A stretch of DNA of 51,885 bases, filler included, from Sphacelaria rigidula (GCA_964200075.2; 4 parts of 4 records of this genome joined end to end with filler, not necessarily neighbours in it); one strand, 5' to 3'; shown: positions 37,174 to 50,271, counted from the whole stretch's first letter. The notes: generated by a model from the sequence alone, not told the origin. Numbers and translations are program-made.

Positions 37174-38891
37174 GCACCCCCAAAGCTCTCTACTACCAGC
37201 GAGTAGTTACATCAGAGCTTCACAAACTCAGACATCATTGGTGCCTGATAGTATCGTTGTTTCCCGCAAAGAAATGCAATCTCTTCGCTGCTTTCGACAA
37301 CAGCTTCATACAAGCTTGCCCCACTTTCGAACAGCTCGCAAGAGATTCCAAGAAGAGATCGTCCATCATGAACATGCAATCACGCTACTTGCACCACTTC
37401 GAGTTACAAAGCGATAGCTAGCGCCAAATGCTCAAATCTTCGCCCAAAACAAGTCTCTTGACTCTTCATCGGCACGAAACCGGAAATGTCAGCAAATGTC
37501 AAGTTCCAGAGCATTCGTGACTCATCGCCTCTCTCATCCGAGACAGGGTTCTTCTCAACATACAAAATGCACTCTTTATGCGTTCAACACCTGCGCAACG
37601 GAGTGCAATAGCCAAATGATACATCATCCTCACGCTAGGAGGAAATAATGCACCCAACACGTCTAGAACGCACCTGGCCTCTTGCTTCTGCAACACCGTA
37701 AAAAACGTATGCATCGCATACCTTCCCACCGTCAAAGCTCCAATGCTTCAACTTGCCTTCATTTCATCTAGACAATCAGAGGAAAGCCATGGCTCAAACC
37801 GCTTTTCAAGTCATGCATACAAATCCAACGACGGCAAACGGACCTCGACCTCCGCCATCATTCATCACCCGTGGTACTATCGTTCTCAAACTCTTGTTTT
37901 TGAGCAAATCCCAGACATTTCAATATTTCGTTTGGATCTTGGACCGTCATATCCCATCCGTGCATCAGCCAAAATGTAGAAATAATTTTTCCCTCGACAC
38001 TCTTGCAGTCCATCTGCACCAGTTCTTCGAACAAATGGACGCATCATCCACATGCTCCTTCTGACATGAACGAAAACTCAACCACGTACTTGTTCAATAC
38101 TCGTTCAAACACGTGACAATCCATACAAAACATGCCACGGTCGAAGATCATTGATGCATGCGCGCATGATGTCTTTATCTTCAACCAACGGAAGAACTCG
38201 CGTCATACCTTGCTCACATACGACGAACCTACGCATTTCGTACCTTTCAGCTCATTTTCACGCTAACAGCAGTAATCCATATACCCTACACTCAGTACGT
38301 GCAAACCGCACAAATATGATTCGACGGTGTTCCTGCGCGAACAAAATTATACGAGCTCCACTTCACTTAGCATACAGCAGTATATTGAAAACTGCCCCAC
38401 CATAGGTCGTCACCAGATACCATTCATATCAGTACCATTCGAGCAAACATTCGCACATTCCGGCCAGAATTCTACTCAGCATATGAAAATCCGCACAAGC
38501 ATGCCAATGTTTCACTCAGCATATGCAATGCCACCTTCCTCGCAGCAAACACGATGCATCGTCCGTGCCAACCAGATCAGTGCAACACACACATGCCAAA
38601 TACCCACGTGTACGCCAGAGTTTTACCCTGCACACGCGATACGATCATACTCGCTCAACAACCATGTTTCATGAGCAAGCATGACCACAAACCACACAAT
38701 AACAAACTGAAATCATTCTCGAAACGATTCGCGAATACCAGTCATTATATGTTTCCTCGTTCTCAACAAGCACTCAAATCACCACAGCACTTGCCCCTCC
38801 ACATCAGTACCCCACTCGGCGCTCACCACAACAGCAAACACCTCAGGTAATGCCTTCTTTGTAGTCTTCCAGCCCGCTCCTGAGAAACAGC
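37174..38891 (-). mobile_element. 3' internal region of Gypsy copy 3, cut by the contig end
   Basis: Inverted homologue of 31281-32863. Confidence 0.78.
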
Positions 38892-38991
38892 NNNNNNNNN
38901 NNNNNNNNNNNNNNNNNNNNNNNNNNNNNNNNNNNTTAATTAATTAANNNNNNNNNNNNNNNNNNNNNNNNNNNNNNNNNNNNNNNNNNNN
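38892..38991. other. Artificial contig spacer
   Basis: 44 N + TTAATTAATTAA + 44 N. Confidence 0.97.
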
Positions 38992-39000
38992 CCCCCTCCC

Positions 39001-39069
39001 CTCCGTCTCGAAAGGGGTGCGAGGTCAATGGTCAAACGACTAAGGCAAGCAACAAATGAGTACGTCCCC
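39001..39069 (-). repeat. ~69-bp micro-element, family A, copy 3
   Basis: Reverse complement of 662-730; flanked on both sides by cccctccc. Confidence 0.85.
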
Positions 39070-40084
39070 TCCCCTCCCCCCAGTCGGGTCGAAGGGCACC
39101 TTGTGGCCCGTTCTCAAAACTCTTTCAAATACTCTTGTTTCGGGTCTTCTGTTGGGTACAGCTCTGGCTTCTGGAGGAAAAACTTTGGGAAACACCAACG
39201 GTCGCTCGTTTTTTCGAATTTGAATCGGCATCATCTGAACGGGTGCTGACGATTGCTGTGCGTGTGCTGTGCGCGCGTCTCACACAAAACACCGTTCCTC
39301 ATTGAATCCTGAAATGATTTGTGCAAGGTCACGCACGATGTGCTCAGCTGATAAGCAGCTACGATTTTCCCACCAATGTGCCATATGCGATTAAGCGAAG
39401 CTCATAACTCGTCACCGGTGCCGAAGTATCTTGGATTTTGACCCACCGATCGTGGCGGCGAAAGTCGCTGAAATTCTTGTGTTTATATACATGTATATAT
39501 TCTTATTTTCGATTCTTGCGGGAGCAGGGTTATTCACTGTATGAAAATAAATGCAAAGATTTTTTCTTTTTCTTTCTTTTTGCTTTTCAAAACCAAAATA
39601 TTTGAGAAATTCTCAAATATCTGAAGTCAGAGCGGTACGGGCGAAGCCTTATCGAATGATCCCTTTTGCGTCAACCCTCCTTTTTTTCTCCCTTTGGCTC
39701 GCTGCATGAAGCCCGTGTGATGCTCGTCATATACATTTCTTCCGTGTTTGTGTCCTCCTTGCCGTTGAGCCTTGAAAGGCCATCATTTTGTCTTGAATCT
39801 TTTTTTAGAGGGCGTTCTGCTTTGGATTTAGAAGTACACTTGCTCTCCGCGCTGTTTTCCGCATGGCGTTGCGATGCATTGCGTTCGATTCGCTGTGCGC
39901 GTGGTTCTGTCCGCTCGTCTCTGTGCCTCTGGTAACTAGATGTAGCTTACGACTACGTTTTTTGGCTGGGGCGCTTCCGACTGCTGTGAGCTGTCTCTTC
40001 TGACCGTTTTGACCCCTTGACCATTTGACTGCCGGGGTTGTGCGTTCGTGGGATCGGCTCACTTTTAGTCCCTTTTACAAGTAG

Positions 40085-40184
40085 AAATGACGCTGATTTT
40101 ACAAATGGACACCTCCGACGGTGACTTTTTTTTTTTCAACCCTTCGACCGCCGCAGGTGTCCATTCGTTGAATCAGCATCATTT
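40085..40184. repeat. ~100-bp hairpin / mini-MITE with poly-T loop
   Basis: aaatgacgctgattttacaaatggacacctccgacggt pairs imperfectly with accgccgcaggtgtccattcgttgaatcagcatcattt. Confidence 0.75.
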
Positions 40185-41873
40185 TCAGTTATTTTTCAAG
40201 GGAAAATAATCGACACAATACTGACTGTTTCTTTTACTGTACTTGTGTATGACTCATGAGTAATGTCCCCGGGAGTCTAGTGAACCGGCTTTTGGGCTAC
40301 AAATGTCCATGGTTGACACAATTTTACAAGTATCGCTAACCCTAACAACCTTAACCCCAACCCAACGCATACCGAAAACCCTCGGGCAAGGCAACGTGCG
40401 GCCTTGGTAGACCCCAAATTGGCGCCTGTGGCGCCGAATTCAACAAAAACGCGCTCTGCGCGCGCGAGGAGCGCACGTGACTGTCAGCCATACGAAATAT
40501 CCGATTCTCGTCGTACACACTCAAATCAAGTAATTATCAACCATGAACATTTGTGGCCCATCGCCGGTTAATTCTACTGCTCCACGAAGGCAATATGACC
40601 AAGGGTTGCTCGGTGCGCTCAGATATCGTTGTGTATGTTCGCGTGCTGGTGTATATTCGATTTTTCAACGACACACGGCAGCCAGTACAGCGCCGTACAG
40701 TTGTGGGGGTGAATGGGGGCCGATTTTGGGCACTACCTATCGGGAAGATGGACACCGACCCCTCTCTGCAGAAACAATGGCTCGTGATGGAGCCAATCAT
40801 ACGAATCACAACTACACGCGTCACCCACCTCCAAATAACGACCTCGCCCATGTAAAATGTACTATTATTGTAGTACACTCTGCAACGAACCTGTGACTGG
40901 CGTTGCTGTACACCGGTACGCAGGCTCAGAACAACAGGAGGATAGAAGCAGCAGCTTGTGTTGTTGTTGTGCCCCTCTCGTTGCAGTATGCTGTTGTACC
41001 GACCTTTTGACGGAGTTATCTCGACAACCAAGCAGAGGATTGGACTGCGGAATGATCCGTACGCCTCGCACACACTAGACCCAGTCACTCGCGGGGCGGA
41101 TTTCCCCAACGCATGCAACAGAGGCCGCAACACTCTGCAAACCGCTGCCTCAAACACAAAATGTGCCGCAAAGCGCGTTTCCTTCAACGTCTTGTGGCTT
41201 TTCGGGTCCGCTGTGGCCAATTATGCAAATCCGCCGCGCGAGTGACTAGATCTAGAATGTGTGCGGGGGGCTGTGAAGTGCTACAGGCCCGTTCGCTTCC
41301 TGTCTCGAGTACGACGCGATGGAAAATATCACAGCTGTCGCATACTAAACCTAGGTAGCTTTAGATGGAGCGTGTGTTCTGTTCGGTTCAGGTTCTGCAG
41401 AGGTTCGGCACAAGTCCGGCCAGTCCATGACGTCTCCATTATTCCTCGTTTTTCCCCCGCGTTTTTTTTTTGCCCGCGTTTTTTCGATCATTATGACCCC
41501 ATTCACCCCCATAACCGTTGTACACCATAAGCTGTGGTGTCTGTGGCTGAATGTATTTCAACGATGTAGTGATGTAATGTCCTGTCTGTAACAGGATAGT
41601 TATCGCATACTACCGCCAACTCTCATATCTTGGAACTTGATCCATTTTGCGTGGTGGCGTAACCCGCCGAAACCCTCGAATGTGTGTGTGTTTGTGTGTA
41701 CATATTGCGTTACTTGTCGTAGGTCCCTGGTTACATCAGTTTTCATCTCCTTACCACATGTCATTTTTTCATGATGCTGGCGTTTGTTGTGTTACGACTG
41801 CTGTCTGCTGTCTGCTGTGTGTCGTGTGTTTTGTGTTTTGTGATGTGTTGGCTTGATCCCGTGCTGCCTACAG

Positions 41874-42009
41874 CGGCGGCCACGAAGCGACGGCCTCTGA
41901 CCCCAATCGAGGAACTGTACGAGGACTTGAGAGACTTCCGTAAGCGAGTGGAAGAAGTGCAGGCCGGTATTGACGACAAGTCAGAAATATACGCGACTCT
42001 TTACCACAG
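41874..42009 (+). CDS. Probable internal exon of a host coiled-coil protein gene
   Basis: cctacag acceptor, ag|gtgag donor; reads AATKRRPLTPIEELYEDLRDFRKRVEEVQAGIDDKSEIYATLYH. Confidence 0.6.
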
Positions 42010-43003
42010 GTGAGCTGTTTTATTACTTCCATCATCATTAAAAATGGTGATGGTGGTGGTGGTAGTAGTGTCATGCTAACGATAAAGAGGTGAGTATTTG
42101 ATTCCACGAAAAAAAGGTCTCATGTGTGTGTCACACGACCTAACACACTCGTGGTACGCTTGTATTTGGGTAGAAACAGTGCCCAGCAGAATGAATCAGC
42201 GCTATTTTATTGGGAACAAGCGAGTTCGAACAACCGTTGCTGCTTTCAACGACGGTTTGAAGTGGAACGTCGTAAAATAAATGGCTCAAAATACCCCCCC
42301 ACCCGCGCGCGCGCCTATCGTGATTCAGTAGTAGTAGTAATGGTAGTAGTAGACTTCAAGTTTCAGCAAAAGCAGGAAAATGCTATAATTTCTTCAAAGA
42401 TGATAAAAACGACGACAACGCTTCAACACGTACGGGCATTCGCGTCAACGACACCCTGGTGAATCATCGGCCAAAATTACCTCAAATTGGACTTCGCGTC
42501 GCACTTTTCGTGTGACACGGCCGCACCCCTTTGATCCAAGTGATACAAGAGTCTCCAGTTATGGGGGTCATGAGTTCGAATCCCCACAGATTCTCTTTTT
42601 TTTTCGTCCGTCGTCAAGGCTATATATTATGCGGTATTTTTTTTTCTTTTTTTCTTCATCCAGCGGCGGTGCCGTGTGTCATCATGTTGGTCTGCAGTAC
42701 ATAGCGATATGCTCAAGTCACGTCGATTTTGGAAACCGGAGAAGTTTGTGGTGTGGAAAGCGAATGCGGGATTTACTGCTGGCCCAGCTCGTACCATTAT
42801 ACTACAACTATTACTGCTACTGCTGCTCCACAGCCAACAGGTGGTGAAAATCATTGCCCCAGTCAATTCTGCTTTTTTTTTTGTCTGACGATATTGAGTG
42901 ATGCTGTAGTCGTGCTTATCGACCCTTAACATCTTCGAATACCGTTTATGGATGGATGTATTCCGTCATAATGTTCACGGATGGACGGATCGGTATGCAC
43001 CCG

Positions 43004-43520
43004 GATGGACGAATGGAAAACCAGCTACACGCGGGCGGCGGTGGAGGCCGAAGAAGCACACGAGCTGAAGCGAGCGCTGTCCTCCCAGATGGTGCAGCTG
43101 CTGTTCGAACAGGAGCGGAAGCTTGAGGGACACCTGCGGGATTGCATATCTTTCACTGACGCGACCGGGGGTAGGTCTAGCCCCCGCTCGTCGTCGCCGT
43201 CGGGGCGGGGTGAAGGAGCGGGGAGGCGCGGATTTCCGGCTGCTGCTGCTGCTGCTGCTGCTATCCCTGCCCGAGTATTGGGCAGCGCAGGTAGTGGTAT
43301 AGAGTTGACACGGCATACCAGTGGGCAGTCGTCGTTCGGTCAGACCGGCGAGGACGACGATTTCGAGAAAGTGGAAGCTTGGATGGTACCCGGTTTTGAG
43401 GGCCGGGGGGGAGGAAAGGGGGGGGGGGATGCGAGTGGTAAAATGAGGGATGATGGTGGTGGCAGTGGTGGCAGTGGTGACACTTCGCTTCGTATTCCAT
43501 TTGCCACCAGTGGCTCGTAA
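43004..43520 (+). CDS. Probable terminal exon of the same gene (coiled coil, then Gly/Ala/Ser-rich tail)
   Basis: GC3-rich codons, MDEWKTSYTRAAVEAEEAHELKRALSSQMVQLLFEQERKL; phase-compatible with the previous exon, but the expected acceptor reads ccg rather than cag. Confidence 0.5.
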
Positions 43521-46500
43521 GTTGTTTCACACCCTGGATGATGACAAAATTTATGTTGTCAAAAGTGCACGGTTAGGACGAACCATCACGAGTACAAATC
43601 ACCAATTTCCACGATTTCTTCGGCCTGACCGCCCCAAAGGGAGAGAAAAGTTGACCACTTGTCCAAGGGGTATCCACGCAACTTTTGCGTCATTCCACGT
43701 GTCTGGGCTGCGTGTACCTGGATTGCAACGCTGAAAACAAAGCCTAGGGATTCGAATCAAATGTACTGAAACCAAGTAATTTCCACACGAATCATTATTT
43801 GTCCGACCCTTGCAAACGTGTATTGCGAGCAGTGTGAAATCTGTTGTTCATTGCAATAGACGCAATAGTCGATACTGTACGGAGTACACTTCTTGACAAT
43901 GGAATCAAGTGTCCACGGTGTGATATGTTTTTGTGGTGGTGGTGGTGGCGGTGGCGGTGTGTTGTTGGTGTTGTTGGTGATGGTTGTTGTTGTTCGTTTT
44001 TGTGTTTTTCTCGTATTTTGTGTATGTTGGTCCTCTGCGTTCCGGTTAGATTGGTGTTGTGCTGTTTGCTGGACTGGTTTAAGGAGGTGCTTTCCGTGGG
44101 AGTGGATTAATCGTATCCCTTTTCTGGCGAGTTGGTGAACTGCTTGCTCGTTGTCATGCTCCAAGATGCTGGAGCATGACAACTCCAAAACTCACCCCCG
44201 CGAGCCACGGAAAATTGAGACTGCCTGTTTTGTGTGACCATCCTGAAGAGGTGGGTACCGTGTCGTCCCAGTGATTTTTATGCGAAATCGTGCTCCCGTC
44301 CCCGCAGTGTGTGTCCCCCGGCGATTACTAATCTTTTCTTTCGATCATTAAATCTCATCGCAGTACACGGTACACTATTTTATTTCCCTCCCGCCCTAAT
44401 GAAAGATGATACATAGTTGGGAGGTTTGGGCCGGAAGGGCTCTTGAGTAGCGTAGAATGTTTTTGTGTCGGAAACTATCCAGACTTTGCTGCCTTGGTTT
44501 GCTCCTCAGTATTGTGTCCTGTATTTGGTACTTTTTTTTTCTTTTTTCTTTTGCACGAGTCATTAGTCGGCATGTTGTTCACGGCTACTCTGTACGCGTT
44601 GGCGGTTATTTGAAGCTTTTACCCGTCGAGACTATTTCTGTTTACGTACAGTCATATCCACTTTTTGACCGCGTGGAGAAAACGTAGTTGCGTATGTGCC
44701 TGCCTCATATGTTTTCACGTCTTGGACAGCATGCCAAATTAGCATCCCATCTTGAGGGTGGATCATGACTTTACAGGGAGAAGACAAAATGGGGGCCGGG
44801 CACGGGAGGCGGGGCTCTCGTGAATTTCCATTCTCTTCTTGTTGGACGGACACACGTCGTGGCTCTCGAGTATATGTAGAGCTATTATTACTGTAACCAT
44901 TATTGGCGCTGTACTGTTCCGTAATGTCTGTTTTCAAGTATGACATGCATGGCGAAGGCTGGCTTGGTTCGGGATAATGGTTGAGTGTTGCTTGCGATTG
45001 GCTGCGCAAGGGATTTATTCCATGCCCACAATGTCGCCTCTTGGTCGGCCTCTTTGAAAGAGGAATCTGAGGGTCGAAGCTTCCAAGTGGCGATTGACGT
45101 CACTCACTCATGTTCTGGATGTCACAATTTTTGCGTGGCAAAGACAGGAGAATCTTATTTTTTCTGGGCTAGGGTTTTGCTGCTGAGCTAGCACTACAAC
45201 TTTCTCCACCAACCAAATATTCAACGGAGTTTTCCTTTTTTATCGTTTTTATCTTACCGGAAGTAAGTGTGGTCTGGCTAATTTTACCGTCGCCTTTTAT
45301 TCACTCTATCATATCGAACGATTCTTTTCTTGGGTTCTTTCTCGAGAGGGCAGAAACGTTTTGTTTTTCTTGAAGGATTTTCGAGCACATGCTGCATCTG
45401 CTGCAACTCCATGTTCAGAGCACGCTGCATTTTCATGATGAGCCAGTCACAGAGATATTGTTTTGATTCTCAGGTGGTACGTGGCTCCGCGCATCATTCG
45501 GATGTGAACCAGCCGCTGCTTGCCCCTGGATCGGCATGTAGAGACAGACTACAGTAAACAACGTTCTCGTGAGAATGAGAGTTCAGCGCTGACTGAGTGT
45601 GGTTTTTATTTTTCGCCTTAACTTAGCCATCTTTTCATCCCGTGTGTGCATTTCTTTGCCTTCATCACTAGCGTGTGCTTACAGCTACACGTCGATATCC
45701 TACTCAGGGATATCAAGGACCTCAGTGGCAAGCTGCTGCAGAAATAGTATTGGGCCTCGTGGAGGGGCATTTCGGAACAGAAACGATCCATTCAGTAATT
45801 ATTGACCGCTTCTCACTCTCAATCGTATCCTCTACTCTCAATCCCACGAAAACATTGGTGGTACTGATCCATACGCAATCTACCCCTTCAAGGATGATAA
45901 GGGTAGGTACGAGGCTATTGAAATTCACAAGGGAATGCCGCTGCTGCTGTAGATCGTAATGTTCTTCGAGGGCACAGGACTAAGAGTCCCAATCCCTTGA
46001 ACGCCCTGTATTGACCTCTTCAATTAGGATGCTAGAAGATGAACGGGCTTTTTTGCGAGGGTTCGGGATGAGAAGAGTGTTTGCGTTCGGTGGAGAGAGA
46101 CAGCGACTACGCACGAGTACGTAGTAACGGCCGTCCCCATACGTGTGCCGCGCTTCACTTGTTCGAGCGTAAGACACGGCCCACAGCATACTGCCGCCGA
46201 AGTGCAGCAAAACAGTCAACAACGGTGATCATAGCGCCAGCAGTACGTATGGCCATATATATGTATATTACAGGCGTTGACACTTGGCACATCAAAATTG
46301 TGCACGATCCCTACCCCCCGCCGCCATTATTTCATCTTTTCCTTTTTCTCGTCCCCCTCTTTTTTCTCTTATTTCTTCTTTCCCGTTTGCAGCTTACTCT
46401 GCGGTCTCTTCTTCTCCATCCTCCTCCTTTCTTTCCTGAACTGAAGCGAGTTTTCCCGATTAATGACGTTGGTTGGGTATCGCTATTTTTCTTTTCCTCG

Positions 46501-47115
46501 AGTAAAGGAGGAAACCTAACCCGACACTTACCCCGCAAGTGGATTCGTGTGCCGATTTCCCGGAGGCCTCGGCTAGACTGCCTCGCGGCAGTAATATAGG
46601 GCAGGTGCCTCGAGCTTTTGCAAGCTTTGCTAAAGGCAGTGTGGGGTTTGCATCCATAGTTGAATAAAACGTATCGTTTTCATTGTTACTCGTCAGTGCT
46701 GACCCTTTCTGTAATGCTAGTGTATCTTCATGCCCACTCTTCTCGTCAATTAGTATGGGATGAATCTGTGGGTGCGCCAGCCGCGTGGGCTGATGTGTCC
46801 ACTTCCGCGTGTGGAGACGTAACCCGAGTGTTTTCTCCCTCGGTGTCAAAACACTCGGATCTCTCTCACGTGGAAAGAAAGAGTTTGCAAGAAGATACAT
46901 CATTATTCAGTGTCTGTCTCTGCATAACTGTGTTTGGGCGGGCGGGTGGTGTCTCAAATCGGTTCCTGCTTTCCGTGCTGTTTCTCGGTGATCAGGGATC
47001 GGTGATCAATAAATAACTGGTTACGTGTGGGGCTCATATACCACTTTAACCTGACAGTCCCGTGTCATAACGCCTGCGGCTGTATGTAGAACTTCCTGTC
47101 AAATGATCCTGAACA

Positions 47116-47150
47116 TAACCCTAACACTAACCCTGACCCTAACCCTAACC
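47116..47150. repeat. Interstitial telomere-like (CCCTAA)n tract
   Basis: taaccctaacactaaccctgaccctaaccctaacc. Confidence 0.75.
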
Positions 47151-47174
47151 ATAGGGATGTTCAAATTACGATGT

Positions 47175-47477
47175 GGTCCTCTAAGCACGCGGTCCTCTCA
47201 CGCATTACAAACTGAATCACCAAACGATTGAGCTAACAAGAGTAACGAAAATCGGTTTGGTCACCTCAGACGAGTACAGGCGGAGGGGATACACCAGCCG
47301 CGGATGGTGCACCCACAGATTCATCCTATACTAATTGAGGAGAAGAGTGGACATGAAGATACACTAGGGTTGTGGTACCTCCAGGGACTGACCCGATTGG
47401 TTTTCAAAAACGTCGATCCTGACGTGTTTTGAACTACGGCGCGGTCCTCTAAGCACGCGGTCCTCTCACGCATTACA
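47175..47477. repeat. Split direct repeats (B1-A2-B2-like 3' terminus)
   Basis: Identical ggtcctctaagcacgcggtcctctcacgcattaca at 47175-47209 and 47443-47477. Confidence 0.8.
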
Positions 47478-47539
47478 CAGTTCATCCCTTACTCTCTCGG
47501 GTACGATCCTCGATATTCTTATCGCACCTGCTGGTCTCT

Positions 47540-48925
47540 CTATGTGTACATGGGTTGTTTCCCGAAGGCGGACCAAGACTTACTCTGTTCCTGTAATGGG
47601 AACTCGTTAATTTCTCTGTACTGAGCTTCTGAGACACCTTCGATCATTCGGTTCCCGAATGTTCCGGGATCTACCACTTCCATCAATCTCATATATCTCC
47701 ACGCCGTGCTCCGTCTTTTCCAGAAAGCCTTCTGCATTATCGTCTTCAAATCGTCGCCTGCCAGTGCACGGGAGACGGCGCCTCCCGAGCGAAACGAATG
47801 CATAGAGAACGGGCATTTTATTCCAGCATCCTTTCCTCGTTGTCTGAGGGTCGCCGTCATCTGAGCGGCGGGCATCGGCGTCGAACCTCGTTTCGGGGTT
47901 GTTGTCGACGTGTCAATCTGGAGAAAGAGATAGCCTTGGGTCATATTCCAACCCGTTGATGTCCCTACCTTCACCCATTGCTCCACTGCTCGGACAGGGC
48001 ATGTCGCGGGGTAGAGCTCATCGCACGGTACAGTGAGTAAATGGTCTGCGCCTCCTCGTAGTGTTTCCACCCCATTGGAAGTTGAGCATAAAACCACTGC
48101 GGTTGGGGAGTCTGAGAATGCGTTGGATGAGGGTCCTCGTAAGCTCGTCGCCGCGCTTGGTGGTGCTAAATGCTACTGTGTACAGGGCGATGTCTCGGGC
48201 CAGGAGTACCTGCTCCTTAGCGTCTCTAGTACATTGTAGAGCTGACCTCAATGGGGTGATCAATTCAAGGTGGTGGCTGTGTAGTAGAATCGGTGCTTGT
48301 TTACTAGCACTCCTGCTTTCTTCTGTTCTTCCCTAGTGAACATCGTATATTGTGCCACGAGGTTGCTGCGGACTGGGTTTCCTATCCGTAGTGCATCGCT
48401 CCAGCCGGAGTTCGTTCCGAGCTCGTTCTCGAAGGCCATCGCTAGTTTCGACGTATAATTCGTCCGTAAGGAATCGTGTGCGTATCTATAGGTACATTCC
48501 CCTTGTTTCGTTGAGCAGTCGATGAGTCCGGGGGTACATACTGCCGCGCAGTGTCTAGCATGTACTGGCGTACGTCCTTTCCCACATGCATCAGGCCAGC
48601 ACAGAAAGGCTACAATGTCGGTCGGTTGCGCTGCTGTCCAATACTTGGGGCCGGACCCGGGTCGTGAAGCTAATTATCTATTAAGTAGTCCTGTTGTAGA
48701 ATCCTGTCTCTTTGCTGAGGCTGACGCTGCCATGGCTAGCGTAAACTGAATGTATCGTTTCTGTATAGCTTCCTCATCGATTTTTAATGTCGCCTCTTGC
48801 GTTACTCTCGTAGCTAGTGTCGAACTCCATATGCCGCACCATTGACAATATTGAAAGTCTTCGTCGTTCTCCCCATGGCAGTCGGGGCATAGCACTCTTG
48901 CTCGCAAGGCGGAGACTCGAGTCAT
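47540..48925 (-). pseudogene. Zinc ribbon + ALOG-like domain + tyrosine recombinase
   Basis: CPDC...CQWC; manual translation DIVAFLCWPDACGKGRTPVHARHC...C...C...AHDSL...GNPVRSNLVAQY..REEQKKAGV; RDIALY...KRGDEL, TCPVRAV, HSFRSGGA, W....TAWRY. Stop at 48674, frameshifts at ~48300 and ~48070. Confidence 0.88.
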
Positions 48926-49178
48926 ACTCGAGCTGTGGCTAGGCGGGTTGCGCTTGTGGCCTAGGTGGGCGAGCATCGTTGTTATCCGTACTAGTAACGG
49001 TTGCACCAAAGCGAGGAGCATTTGGAGCGCCTGGATGTGTTGGAATGATCGCACGATAAGAGCATTCGTCAAGTGGTTCTCGGATACTTCTCGTGTGGTA
49101 ATTAATTGTCGTCTTAGAGGGCAGAGCATCTCTTGTGAAACTTTGCAATAAAGGGTCATGCCGAATATCATTCATTCA

Positions 49179-50271
49179 TCAGGCTTGGAAATCTACTTCA
49201 ACTGCGTGCATGTCCCATTCATGAAATACGAACGCCTCCTGTCCTCGTTGATGGTGGGTACGAAAGAACTGCCTATTCTCCCCTTTTCTAGATACAAGCT
49301 TGGTACGTACGGCTGCTTCTGTGAGCATAGGGTACCACGACGCCGGTCTCGCTGGAACCACTACCACCGCACGGGCGTGGCAATCTGCGATGTGCTGAAG
49401 CACTACTCCGACCATCACCGGGGGGGGGGAAACAAAACCCGAAGCATTGCTGCGTCCGACATGACGAGCGGCTAACGTCATAGCTAAGGACGTCTACCCC
49501 GTGTGATCCTGCTGTATGATATCTCGAGTAAAAAAGCAGAGATGTTCCTCCACCCGGTGCATTCATTGGAATCTTTTGGGCTGATGCTGTGGATGCCATG
49601 AGGTCCATGTCGAACCCGCCCCACTCGAACCATAACTGGTCAAAATATTCTGCTCTCAGTCGCACGTGCTCATTGGCCCCTGGTCTTGAGAGGCTGTCTG
49701 CCTCTGAGTTCGTTTTTGAGTCTACCCATCGTAACGTGAGTGTGAAGTCTTGTCTGACTTGCATCCAGAAGAGCTGTTGGATGAGGGTGTGCATGCTTTC
49801 ATCCCTGGCTTTACTTTTCTTGAAGGCGTGGTACATAGTTTTGTTGTCGACATCTATTGACAGACTATTCTCCGCCACTTGATCAGCTTGCTCTAAGCAG
49901 GACAGTCTAAGGACCTCATGCAGTGCGAACGTTTCCTTGACATTGATGTGTGCTGTCACCCATTCGGCGGGAAACTCGGCGGCCGCTGTAAGGGCAACGC
50001 CAGAGGGGCCTCGAACAATGCCCCCCCATGCAAGTGAGGAGGTATCTGTGGCGCCGTTTATGGCGATGATGTGGTGACTAGGGCTGTACCAGGCCGCCCC
50101 ATTCATGTTGTCTCGGAGTGTCCGCCATGTAGCTATCTCGTTTCGAAGATCACCATTGATAGAGAGCGCTACCGTTGCTGTGATATGTTTTCCTGCCGTC
50201 TTTCTGTATATCGTGATCTGTTTGTACATGTGAAACGTGTACAAGCTGGCTGCTGGCACTGCAACTGACAT
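49179..50271 (-). pseudogene. DIRS RNase H + N6-adenine methyltransferase-like domain
   Basis: ATDTSSLAWGG, HINVKETFA, DVDNKT, WVDSKTNSEADSLSR; DMDLMAS, GVDVL, FCFPPP; frameshift in the G-run at ~49419-49429 continues as VVVVPARPASWYPML. Confidence 0.87.

Noticed and set aside
25819-39069. Giant element bounded by inverted family-A repeats around the Gypsy nest
   Set aside because: The two copies are on different contigs joined artificially
40537-41220. 227-aa ORF
   Set aside because: No motifs; overlaps low-complexity sequence
42510-42600. tRNA-like segment (gagttcgaatcccc); similar B-box-like bits near 19870 and 21470
   Set aside because: Only a B-box-like motif; too degenerate to call as tRNA or SINE
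44600-46000. Possible decayed gene or transposase
   Set aside because: Only short stop-ridden frames with no diagnostic motif
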